DNA of 64,000 nucleotides, from positions 1,690 through 65,689 of IMG/VR virus record IMGVR_UViG_3300014208_000043; one strand, 5' to 3'. Source of the DNA: a virus (lineage: Duplodnaviria > Caudoviricetes). Below, in pieces: positions 1-7,705 of the stretch; position 1 is the stretch's first letter, and each line of letters begins with the position of its first letter. The notes beneath the pieces are model-generated. The model did no database searches. It was not told the origin of the DNA and was given only the letters and a program-made list of their open reading frames with translations. Position numbers and translations under genes: made by a program.

Positions 1-2
1 AT

Positions 3-167
3 CTTCATCCCGAAAGTCGCGAAAAACTAAAACATCTTAAATCTATGGAACATCAAGTTCCACTTGAAATGATTATGACATATAGAGAAATACCTAAACC
101 TAATTTTGCAGACGAAATGAAAGAGGCGGTGCGGAAATACCCATATCTTAGCGAAAGGCCAATGTAG
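3..167 (+). CDS. 3' end of a hypothetical protein (5'-truncated)
   Basis: Open frame from the window edge (LHPESREKLK...SERPM) ending in TAG at 165-167. Confidence 0.5.
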   Translation, partial: LHPESREKLKHLKSMEHQVPLEMIMTYREIPKPNFADEMKEAVRKYPYLSERPM

Positions 168-169
168 TT

Positions 170-334
170 ATGAAAACACTATGCGACGCTCTTCTTGAAA
201 AAGGAATTATCACAGACGAGCAGGCCCGAACCGCCGAAGCATTCAAGCGTCTTAAAGGCTACTCCATTACGAAAGCCGAAGATGTTGTGAGATACAAAGA
301 ACTTTTGGAAAAAGAAAATAAAAATAATTGTTGA
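170..334 (+). CDS. Hypothetical protein, 54 aa
   Basis: Own translation MKTLCDALLEKGIITDEQ...; ATG 2 nt after the previous stop. Confidence 0.55.
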   Translation: MKTLCDALLEKGIITDEQARTAEAFKRLKGYSITKAEDVVRYKELLEKENKNNC

Positions 335-359
335 CATTTGTTAGCATTAAATATATTTT
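328..359 (+). promoter_or_regulatory. Sigma70-type promoter with palindromic operator, copy 1
   Basis: TTGACA (331-336), 17 nt, TATTTT (354-359); imperfect palindrome TTGTTGACATTTGTTAGCA over the -35; the motif recurs 4 times. Confidence 0.75.
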
Positions 360-365
360 ATCATC

Positions 366-608
366 ATGCGAAACACATCATACACGACCCAGTCTCTAAT
401 CAAGGAAGTTTGGAATGAACGGTTAATGGCTGACTCTGTACGCCCAAGCGTCTTCTGGATAAAACAGAAAAAGCAAAAGCCGCTAACCAAAATTCAAAAG
501 CTTGAACTGGAAATAAAGCAACTCAAAGAAACCATTGCGAACATGAAGGTTGTCGATATCAGGGAATATACTCGAAACGACGAAGTTGAAGGAGGGATGC
601 ATTATTAA
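366..608 (+). CDS. Small protein carrying a copy of the major capsid N-terminal motif plus a coiled coil
   Basis: LIKEVWNERLMADSVRPSVF matches capsid LRRTIWSENLKHDSVRPSVF; directly behind promoter copy 1. Confidence 0.7.
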   Translation: MRNTSYTTQSLIKEVWNERLMADSVRPSVFWIKQKKQKPLTKIQKLELEIKQLKETIANMKVVDIREYTRNDEVEGGMHY

Positions 609-615
609 AACCATT

Positions 616-957
616 ATGCTTGTCCTACTGGTCTTAAGCGTCGAAGCGTATGTATCGCAGTGCTACAACTGCGGAGGGACCGGAGTGGTGAAGTGTTCTT
701 CATGCTCCGGAACCGGATGTGGGTCTCAATGTTACACATGCAGCGGGACCGGGAGCATAACCGAGGCGTGTTCCAACTGCAATGGAACGGGTAAGGTTGG
801 TTATAGCAACTGTTATTCATGCCGAGGGATGGGGTTCAAAACCGAGCGTTGTTCTTCATGCCGAGGAACTGGCTGTTCTGGAAAATGTTATTCTTGCGGA
901 GGTACCGGAATCATAAGGTGCCGGTCGTGCAATGGAAGCGGTCATACTGGATATTAA
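616..957 (+). CDS. Cys-rich protein with 8 CxxCxGxG (DnaJ-type zinc finger) repeats and a signal-peptide-like N-terminus
   Basis: CYNCGGTG, CSSCSGTG, CYTCSGTG, CSNCNGTG, CYSCRGMG, CSSCRGTG, CYSCGGTG, CRSCNGSG; hydrophobic MLVLLVLSVEA. Start uncertain (ATT 601/604 or ATG 616; track start 550). Confidence 0.75.
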   Translation: MLVLLVLSVEAYVSQCYNCGGTGVVKCSSCSGTGCGSQCYTCSGTGSITEACSNCNGTGKVGYSNCYSCRGMGFKTERCSSCRGTGCSGKCYSCGGTGIIRCRSCNGSGHTGY

Positions 958-969
958 TAGAAAGGAAAT

Positions 970-1143
970 ATGAAATCAAAAACCAAGAAAGTTCTGATTG
1001 CCACAAGGATTGACGCCTCCGTCAACAGCGCAATCAAGAACCACTGCAAGAAGACCGGAGTTTCAAAGCAGTTCGCAATCGAGAAGCCGCTTGCCGAGGC
1101 GTACATTATGCAGGGAAAGAATTTCACATACACCAAATCATAA
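970..1143 (+). CDS. Ribbon-helix-helix (CopG/Arc-like) DNA-binding protein, 57 aa
   Basis: Own translation MKSKTKKVLIATRIDASVNSAIKNHCKKTGVSKQFAIEKPLAEAY...; alternating beta strand, helix, G-turn, helix; SD AAGGA. Below the ORF-track size cutoff. Confidence 0.65.
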   Translation: MKSKTKKVLIATRIDASVNSAIKNHCKKTGVSKQFAIEKPLAEAYIMQGKNFTYTKS

Positions 1144-1196
1144 CATTCCACCACAATCATTTAAAGCGGAGATAGATCCGCAAAAGGAACCTGATT

Positions 1197-2180
1197 ATGG
1201 CAAAGAAGAAAGAAGCATCACCGGCCACACCGGCCCCGGCCACAGAGTCCACAGTTGAAGCCTACGATAAAGTAAAAAGTACGCCCGAATGGAAAGGGCT
1301 TTTCTCGCTCCTTATCATCTTTTTGGCGAATTGCATTAAATGGAACTGCCTGAAAAAAGCAACTGACTTTTTGGGCAAGGTGGTAGAGGGGATGAACAAA
1401 TCTTTCGTTCCCGCCCCAGAACTTATCGATCCATTTCCAACTGAATCCGTATTTCTACCGGAGTGGCCAATCTATCCATACGACGACAAAGCGAAGCAAT
1501 ATTTTAAGCCTGGAACCACCGAAAGAGTTAAGTCTGTTACGACGATAAACAAGAATTGCGGATGGGCTTCAAACGCTCTTATGTTTTGGGCACGAAAAAT
1601 GATGTTCGAGGGCCGTGATCCGATAGAGCGCCGTGATTCCGCTGCCGACGTTGGAAAGGTTACTCATTATTTGGCGGAATGCTGGCTAAAGAAAAGCCGT
1701 CCAGAGGTAAACCGCATACCGCCCGATGTTCTAATTCAGGCAAAGCTTGGATTCGCAGAGTTTTTAAAATGGGAAAAAGAAAGTGGCGTCGTTTGGATAG
1801 CGTCAGAGTTAAGTCTTGTAGGGGAGGTTGGTAAAAACAACTATCCAGTGGGCGGAACTGCGGATGCCGTTGGAATAATAAATGAGAAATTAATACTTAT
1901 GGATTTTAAGACGGGTAGCGGGATCTATTCCGAAGCCGTAATTCAGGTTGCGGCGTATCGCCACCTTATTCAGTCCGGCCCATATTATAATCTTGACGAT
2001 GCAATGATTCTCCATTTCCCGCAGGGCAAGGCAACGCTTGTCCAGGTAAATATCGAACGGTCTGCGCTGGATTGCGGATTCGAGGTGTTCAAGCATCTCT
2101 GTGAATTGGAAAAGTTGAACGAGACCATGAAGAAAGAGATGTTACCGATTTACAGTCTTTTGGGTCAGAAGGTGTACTAA
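1197..2180 (+). CDS. PD-(D/E)XK nuclease, phage recombination exonuclease-like
   Basis: GKVTHYLAE, GGTADAV, LMDFKTG, QVAAY motifs; upstream of a RecT-like gene and ssb. Confidence 0.8.
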   Translation: MAKKKEASPATPAPATESTVEAYDKVKSTPEWKGLFSLLIIFLANCIKWNCLKKATDFLGKVVEGMNKSFVPAPELIDPFPTESVFLPEWPIYPYDDKAKQYFKPGTTERVKSVTTINKNCGWASNALMFWARKMMFEGRDPIERRDSAADVGKVTHYLAECWLKKSRPEVNRIPPDVLIQAKLGFAEFLKWEKESGVVWIASELSLVGEVGKNNYPVGGTADAVGIINEKLILMDFKTGSGIYSEAVIQVAAYRHLIQSGPYYNLDDAMILHFPQGKATLVQVNIERSALDCGFEVFKHLCELEKLNETMKKEMLPIYSLLGQKVY

Positions 2181-2686
2181 TGGGAATGCCTTTTCCTTCC
2201 ATGGACATAGAAGATATTCTCTGGCTACACAAATTCGAAAGCACACCAAAGCAAACCAGCATCTTCGACGATCCTCCCGCCAAGACCGAGCGCCAGCTTG
2301 CACAGGAGATACTGTCCGGACTCGTTGCAAAATACCCAGGCAGGACAGAGCGGTTTGCAAGACTCGCGAGATATTTATGCCACCGGAACATAGGGATCCG
2401 TGAGTACTTAATTCCCAATACGGTATCAAGCGACGACCTATGGGACTTTGGCGGTATTGCCCCAGACGTTCGCAATCCTGATGATTACGGGAATAAAGGC
2501 GGGACCGGAAACAATTTTCTCGGTGCAGTGTTTGGCGCAAAAATAGACGGGAAGAAATTTGTTTTCGTTACCACCAAGAGGAGCAGGATTAAGGGGCACC
2601 ACTCGAGACGGATATCGCTTTGGACGATTCCGGAATACGAAAGTGTTGTTGCGTCGTATAAGAGAAAAAATCCAGAATTGTTTTGA
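2180..2686 (+). CDS. Hypothetical protein
   Basis: 168 aa ORF coupled to the previous stop (TAATG). Confidence 0.6.
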   Translation: MGMPFPSMDIEDILWLHKFESTPKQTSIFDDPPAKTERQLAQEILSGLVAKYPGRTERFARLARYLCHRNIGIREYLIPNTVSSDDLWDFGGIAPDVRNPDDYGNKGGTGNNFLGAVFGAKIDGKKFVFVTTKRSRIKGHHSRRISLWTIPEYESVVASYKRKNPELF

Positions 2687-2711
2687 CTTTTTGCAATGAT
2701 TGGTTTATATT
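2683..2711 (+). promoter_or_regulatory. Sigma70-type promoter
   Basis: TTGACT, 17 nt, TATATT. Confidence 0.65.
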
Positions 2712-2721
2712 TTATGAACGA

Positions 2722-2813
2722 GACAACTTGCCAAATCCTCGTAAACATTCAGCGGTTAGAAGCCAACCCGGGCGCCACCTCCGGCAAGTTGTCGGCGTCC
2801 GGGGCTGATTTTT
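2722..2813 (+). promoter_or_regulatory. Attenuator- or pseudoknot-like structured leader
   Basis: GACAACTTGCC (2722-2732) is perfectly complementary to 2783-2793, which lies in the loop of hairpin 2767-2776/2794-2803 followed by a T-run. Confidence 0.45.
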
Positions 2814-2827
2814 ATGTTGGAGCCGAA

Positions 2828-3346
2828 ATGGAAAAGCCATGTATGGTTTGTGGAGAAGTAAAGCAAATGGAAGAGTTTCATAGAAACCCAAAACACAAAG
2901 ACGGAAGATTGAATAAATGTAAAAAGTGCAATTTATTATATATAAAAACTAGATTTGAAAAAAAGAAGTTAATTCCTGGATGGTGGAGTTCTTTTTTGGA
3001 AAAACAGAGGCCATCGTATATTAAATATAACCGAACCAAGCGATCTAAAATAAGAAGAGAAGAGTTGGAGTATGAACATAAAATTCGTTATCCCGAAAAG
3101 AAAAAGGCAGGCCAATATGCACGACATCATATTCATGTATCGGATAAAATGTTTCGCCATCACTGGTCGTATAAAAAAGAACATTTTACCGACGTGGTAA
3201 TAGTTGACTCGGAGAGTCACTACAAAATTCATCGCTATACAATTTATGATAAAGAAAACTTTCAATACAAAACATTAGATGGTGTATTATTAAACACAAA
3301 GCGAGCCGCCTTGGCTTATTATAAAACACTCAAAGACAAGGAGTAG
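2828..3346 (+). CDS. HNH-endonuclease-like protein with N-terminal Cys motif
   Basis: KPCMVCGEVK...F...DGRLNKCKKC and RHHWSY...HYKIH, a pattern typical of phage HNH-associated ORFs; an in-frame upstream start exists at 2714. Confidence 0.55.
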   Translation: MEKPCMVCGEVKQMEEFHRNPKHKDGRLNKCKKCNLLYIKTRFEKKKLIPGWWSSFLEKQRPSYIKYNRTKRSKIRREELEYEHKIRYPEKKKAGQYARHHIHVSDKMFRHHWSYKKEHFTDVVIVDSESHYKIHRYTIYDKENFQYKTLDGVLLNTKRAALAYYKTLKDKE

Positions 3347-3349
3347 AAA

Positions 3350-4570
3350 ATGTCAAACGAAGTTGTACCTTTCGAGCAGATGTCCACAATGGCAATGATT
3401 GTCGCCAAATCAAAAATGTTCCCTGGCTTTGATACGCAGGAGCAGGCCATGGCATTAATGCTGGTTTGCCAAGAAGACGGTATCGGGCCCATGCAGGCCA
3501 TGCGCCGTTATCATATTGTAAAGGGCCGTCCTGCCTGGAAGTCTCAGGCGTTGGCTGCCGAATTCATGCGCCTTGGCGGTAAACTGTTTTACCGTCAATC
3601 AGACTCTAAGGTTTGCATTATCGACGGAGAATTCAAGGGCGAGAAGTATTCCGTCGAATGGACAATTGAAGAAGCTAGGACTGCCGGTCTAACCGAAAAG
3701 GACGTTTGGAAATATCCTCGGCAAATGCTCCGGGCCAGGGCGACTGCGGAACTGGTGAACGTGCTGGCTCCCGGGATATCGGCCGGCATATACACGGTCG
3801 AGGAGGTTCAGGACATGGACGACACTCCCGACACGAAGAAGGTAAAAGTCGATGTGAACGAAGAACGCGTAACCGAAATCAACGCACTCATTGAATCCTG
3901 CACGGACCAGGAAGCAATTGACCAGATTATCAGGGTGTCGCATAAGCTAATTATCGAGTCTATGCCAGCCAGGTACAAGAAAAGGATCCAAGAAAAGTAC
4001 CTTGAAAAGGTGGCCGAGTTTGCCGGTCCCGCCCCTACCCAGCCATCACAACCCTCCGTAACCGATGCCGTAATGCAGACCATAAAGGACGATTCGGTTG
4101 CCGCCGTACCTTCAGAACCCGTTCCGGGCCCAGAAGTTCTCCAGAAGCGACTTGCCGAGGAGGACGAGCGGCAGGCAAAAATTGCCGATTCCATCAGAAG
4201 CGAGAACTTGGTGCCATTGTCTAACCACCAAGACCCCAAGGATGACGGTAAAAACCCCCCGGAAACCCCATCTACGCTTCACCGGAGGCCCCTTCCTGAC
4301 ATTAAAACGCCTGAAGCCAGTACTCCCTCAGCCGAAATTAAGAAGGAAGCAGTAAAGGCCACCTATGCGGCCGGCGAATCTTACCCGGAATGGATCCGAA
4401 AGGGCGCTTTATGCGATTATTCCATCCGACCCGGAGGATCCCCGGTGCTTATCGGCTGCATAATCGAGGATGAACCCCATGTTCTGAACGGGCAGATGGT
4501 GGTTAAGCTGTCAAAATCCATGAATCCAGTGCCAATTTCCTGTTTAACCTTGGTGAAAGGCGGTAAATAA
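3350..4570 (+). CDS. RecT/Bet-like single-strand annealing protein with low-complexity C-terminal tail
   Basis: YHIVKGRPAW, WTIEEARTAGL, VWKYPRQMLRARA, GIYTVEE; lies between the exonuclease and ssb. Confidence 0.75.
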   Translation: MSNEVVPFEQMSTMAMIVAKSKMFPGFDTQEQAMALMLVCQEDGIGPMQAMRRYHIVKGRPAWKSQALAAEFMRLGGKLFYRQSDSKVCIIDGEFKGEKYSVEWTIEEARTAGLTEKDVWKYPRQMLRARATAELVNVLAPGISAGIYTVEEVQDMDDTPDTKKVKVDVNEERVTEINALIESCTDQEAIDQIIRVSHKLIIESMPARYKKRIQEKYLEKVAEFAGPAPTQPSQPSVTDAVMQTIKDDSVAAVPSEPVPGPEVLQKRLAEEDERQAKIADSIRSENLVPLSNHQDPKDDGKNPPETPSTLHRRPLPDIKTPEASTPSAEIKKEAVKATYAAGESYPEWIRKGALCDYSIRPGGSPVLIGCIIEDEPHVLNGQMVVKLSKSMNPVPISCLTLVKGGK

Positions 4571-5028
4571 TGTCAGTTAAAGACGTGAATCGGTTCTTTG
4601 CCACCGGCAACCTGGGCCGCGACTGCGAGATTCGGTATGCCTCGAACGGTACGGCATTCACCAGCTTCTCCATTGCCTGCAACCGTGGGTACAAGGACAA
4701 GGAAGGCGTCGAGCATAAAAACGTCCAATGGTTGAACTGCGTTATCATCGGAGCCCGGGGCCCGGCCGTCCAGAAATTCCTGAAGAAGGGCGCCCGGGTG
4801 CTGATTGATGCCGAATACCGGGAGAGGCAGTGGGAGGACAAATCCGGGGCGAAGAAGAAATCTTCGGAATTCATTATCGATCAAGGCGGGGATATTCAGA
4901 TCCTAAAATTCCCGGAAAATTCCGGGCAGGACCATGGGAACGACTCAAGCAAAGAGCTGGTTGGAGAGACGTACAAGGATGGGTTAAGACAGAACCCGCC
5001 GTCCGATCAACAAGACCTCCCCTTCTGA
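4570..5028 (+). CDS. ssb: Single-stranded DNA-binding protein
   Basis: VNRFFATGNLGRDCEIRY, FSIACNR, WLNCV, LKKGARV; acidic tail ending DLPF. Confidence 0.95.
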   Translation: MSVKDVNRFFATGNLGRDCEIRYASNGTAFTSFSIACNRGYKDKEGVEHKNVQWLNCVIIGARGPAVQKFLKKGARVLIDAEYRERQWEDKSGAKKKSSEFIIDQGGDIQILKFPENSGQDHGNDSSKELVGETYKDGLRQNPPSDQQDLPF

Positions 5029-5029
5029 T

Positions 5030-5230
5030 ATGGCACGAGAACATAAGCCAACCCAAGAGGTAAAGAAGTATCCGGTTCTTCCGGGTGAGTTCTGCCGGTT
5101 TTGCAAGGGACCCATGAAGACAAATGGCGTATTTATCTGGTGCGGAGATGGTACGGCATCGTGTGAGACAAAGAACATAAGGTACCCTTTGCCGCTTGCA
5201 AGAAAAGTATTGACAGCAAACAAACAATAA
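5030..5230 (+). CDS. Hypothetical Zn-ribbon protein
   Basis: CRFC...C...C motifs; in operon. Confidence 0.5.
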   Translation: MAREHKPTQEVKKYPVLPGEFCRFCKGPMKTNGVFIWCGDGTASCETKNIRYPLPLARKVLTANKQ

Positions 5231-5238
5231 ACTATACT
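5210..5238 (+). promoter_or_regulatory. Sigma70-type promoter
   Basis: TTGACA, 17 nt, TATACT, 6 nt before ATG 5245. Confidence 0.75.
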
Positions 5239-5244
5239 CTAATC

Positions 5245-5844
5245 ATGAAGAAGCAATCCAAAAAAGGCGTCTGGTGTTTCCGCGGTGCGCTTGGCTTTGA
5301 ATGGGGCGTCCGCAAGGCTAACATACCAGGAAAGCACACGTCGGAAGACTGCATGATGGCCGGGATTGAAGCTCTTGAGGCTTCAGTGAAAAAGGGGAAG
5401 CCGGATAAAAGCAAAGCAAAAAATGAAGAAATAAGGCCACCGTTTGAACATCAGGATTTGGAATTTCTTATGTATCAACTTGTGGATTTCAGATGGGAAG
5501 AGGTGGCCGAATTTGTCCGCATATATGGCTTTGACAGGATGGCGTCTCTCGCCAAAGAGGCCGATAAAAAAGTAGAAAGCAAAGAGGTGTCAGACAGGAG
5601 ATCATTTATCTTATGGACCCTTGGAAGGAACGATTCTAAGCTTAAAACGGTCGTGAGTGAAGGTGTTGATGGCCTTCTTCGAACCGCAATAATTAATGGC
5701 ATAGAGGCCGTCCTTAAAACCGGAGGATCCATAAATGACGACCAAATCAAATTGCTCCCCAAAGACAGACAGATTCAGCTTCTTCCTAAAAGCGGGGAGG
5801 GCGGGGCTGTCATCTATATCGACCCAACAGTTATTCAAGTTTGA
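5245..5844 (+). CDS. Hypothetical protein
   Basis: 199 aa ORF directly after a consensus promoter. Confidence 0.65.
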   Translation: MKKQSKKGVWCFRGALGFEWGVRKANIPGKHTSEDCMMAGIEALEASVKKGKPDKSKAKNEEIRPPFEHQDLEFLMYQLVDFRWEEVAEFVRIYGFDRMASLAKEADKKVESKEVSDRRSFILWTLGRNDSKLKTVVSEGVDGLLRTAIINGIEAVLKTGGSINDDQIKLLPKDRQIQLLPKSGEGGAVIYIDPTVIQV

Positions 5845-5867
5845 TACAAACAAACAAGGAGAATCCA

Positions 5868-6350
5868 GTGGAAAAAACAGAATCCCAGAAGAATGTTCAG
5901 GCGTACAAGGTACAACCCAAAGGGAAGTACGTGATGGTCTTGTCCGACTTGCCGCCCATTAAGTCAGCAACCGGGGAGATTTACCACGTCAACAGGGCCG
6001 ATGAAATCCTGCGGAAGGGAACGGTTCTCGGGGTGGGGCCGGATGCGAAGAACTGCAAGAAGGGCGACCGGATTCTGTATTTCCATGATAAATGCGTGGA
6101 AATTGAGTGCTTTTACCGCTCTGTTTATGGCCGGGACAAGCAGTGCGGAAAGTACATTCTCTTTGATGAGAACGTGGTTGCCGTTATCGAGAATGTCGAA
6201 CTCTCAAAATATGAGAGTGCGGGGGCTACTGTGAAGTGCCTGCGAGCCGAGGACATGGAAGAGGATCGCATGAAGGCCATCCAAGATGCCGAACGCAGAG
6301 CGTCCGTCATGCCGTCCAGTAGCAAAATACTTAGGCCGAGGATGGGATAA
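5868..6350 (+). CDS. GroES/Cpn10-like co-chaperonin
   Basis: VQPKGKYVMV, SATGEIY, KGTVLGVGPD...KKGDRILY, YILFDENVVAVI; GTG start with SD GGAG. Confidence 0.7.
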   Translation: MEKTESQKNVQAYKVQPKGKYVMVLSDLPPIKSATGEIYHVNRADEILRKGTVLGVGPDAKNCKKGDRILYFHDKCVEIECFYRSVYGRDKQCGKYILFDENVVAVIENVELSKYESAGATVKCLRAEDMEEDRMKAIQDAERRASVMPSSSKILRPRMG

Positions 6351-6351
6351 T

Positions 6352-6439
6352 AATTCTGCATTATTGTCGGTGGCGAAGTGGCAACGCAAAGTTAGTTCTT
6401 TATCGGCGGTTCGAATCCGCCCCACTATAGTGCAGGATT
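6352..6439 (+). ncRNA. tRNA-like element (degenerate tRNA or mimic)
   Basis: D-arm-like TGGCGAAGTGGCAACGC and perfect T-arm GGCGG-TTCGAAT-CCGCC; anticodon arm only 4 bp with a 6-nt loop; acceptor extended into a long imperfect helix, then a T-run. Confidence 0.45.
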
Positions 6440-6456
6440 TTTAAAAGGAGTATAAA

Positions 6457-6756
6457 ATGAGAGATAGCGAGTGCAGAAAACAGGTTGAGGTTTTAAGGCA
6501 AAAACTGAACGATATCATTGAAATATTAAATAAATTACCGGAAAGATTTAATCTGGTATCGCTTCCAAGGCCAGAGCCATATCCCAAACAAGGTACTTTT
6601 TTATTTCCAGTATTCCCAATGGACGTAAAGGTTGGCGAGAGACTAAACGATATCGAGTTTAAGTTTGACATGCTACTGGAATCCCTAAATATGGAATTGA
6701 TAGTAACTCCAGAGCAGCCAAAAAAGGTATCTATAAATAAAAAGCAGAAAGCCTAA
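6457..6756 (+). CDS. Hypothetical protein
   Basis: SD AAGGAG; 99 aa. Confidence 0.65.
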   Translation: MRDSECRKQVEVLRQKLNDIIEILNKLPERFNLVSLPRPEPYPKQGTFLFPVFPMDVKVGERLNDIEFKFDMLLESLNMELIVTPEQPKKVSINKKQKA

Positions 6757-6757
6757 C

Positions 6758-7273
6758 ATGAGCGAACGATACAAGGGAAAACTTTACCATCAAACCGAAT
6801 GGGGTACTACCGTTGCCCTGACATGTCATTTTAAATTTCAGTACGCTACCAATGCCATGAAATACGACCCGGAAATGGCCGATGGAAAGCGACCGGTATG
6901 TAACGGCTGCGGCCCATGCGGATATGGCGCCCTGGTTCCCGATACTATTCTCGGTGTTCCGGCCACCATTTGCGGGGATCTGCACAACTGGGGATATCAA
7001 TTTGGAACAGACCACGAAGATAAGGCGATTATCGACGAGACTTTTGGCGACAATATGGACCGCCTTATCCGGGACGCATACGAAAACGAATGCCGGAAAA
7101 TAAAGGGCGGAAGCCTGGTCACTATTCGCCTTTGGCTTGCCAAGCGCCGGTACATGGCAAGACTCACAATGGCCGAAGATGTTTACGAGAAGGCCGTTAA
7201 GGTTTTCGGGAAAAGTGCCTTCTGGGAAAAGCGCCAAATAAGGTTTAGTCTGGATGACATAAAGGAGGATTAA
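6758..7273 (+). CDS. Phospholipase A2-like fold protein (H-N variant)
   Basis: CNGCGP...VPDTILG...CGDLHNWGY...IIDETFGDNM resembles the GCG...C..HD..Y...D..F..M pattern. Confidence 0.45.
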   Translation: MSERYKGKLYHQTEWGTTVALTCHFKFQYATNAMKYDPEMADGKRPVCNGCGPCGYGALVPDTILGVPATICGDLHNWGYQFGTDHEDKAIIDETFGDNMDRLIRDAYENECRKIKGGSLVTIRLWLAKRRYMARLTMAEDVYEKAVKVFGKSAFWEKRQIRFSLDDIKED

Positions 7274-7425
7274 TGCACCTTCTGTTTTATATTCTTCTGG
7301 TTGTTGTATTAATTATTGTGCGTCCCATATATGCTTTTGTTGCGGCCGTAGTCATTCTTGTGATCTTGAAAATAATTGATGCCTGGAAGCGGCGCAAATT
7401 CAAGAAAGGTCTTTTTCATGGTTGA
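7273..7425 (+). CDS. Small membrane protein, 50 aa
   Basis: Own translation; hydrophobic stretch then basic tail KRRKFKK; SD GGAGG. Confidence 0.55.
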   Translation: MHLLFYILLVVVLIIVRPIYAFVAAVVILVILKIIDAWKRRKFKKGLFHG

Positions 7426-7705
7426 TCTACTTTTTAAAATTGTCGTATTGCTTTGCTTGGCATGGCTAATGCTTTACGTTAAATTTTCAACGGAAGAGAT
7501 TGGGTCTGAAAACTCCTTTTTGAATGCGGCCATACTTCAGCAGGCAAAGCAGGCTTCTAATTGCGCCATGTCCGCACTCGACCAGGTTGAATCTTTTATG
7601 TTTGAGCAGCAGGGAAACTTAACGGCAATAAACAAGAAAGCCTTAGACAAAGTAAAAAAACTAAACGAGGCCGTAATTGATTCTGGTAACAATTCCAACA
7701 AATAA
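7418..7705 (+). CDS. Single-pass membrane protein with coiled coil
   Basis: N-terminal TM LLFKIVVLLCLAWLMLYV. Confidence 0.55.
   Translation: MVDLLFKIVVLLCLAWLMLYVKFSTEEIGSENSFLNAAILQQAKQASNCAMSALDQVESFMFEQQGNLTAINKKALDKVKKLNEAVIDSGNNSNK

Noticed and set aside
1197-2180. Cas4 or integrase call for the PD-(D/E)XK protein
   Set aside because: No four-Cys Fe-S pattern and no recombinase motifs; its context (RecT-like, ssb) fits a recombination exonuclease.
6352-6439. Functional tRNA or YrlA-type Y RNA
   Set aside because: The acceptor stem has a bulge and a mismatch and the anticodon loop is 6 nt, so no anticodon can be assigned. The arm order is not permuted as in YrlA, and no Ro60 gene is seen.
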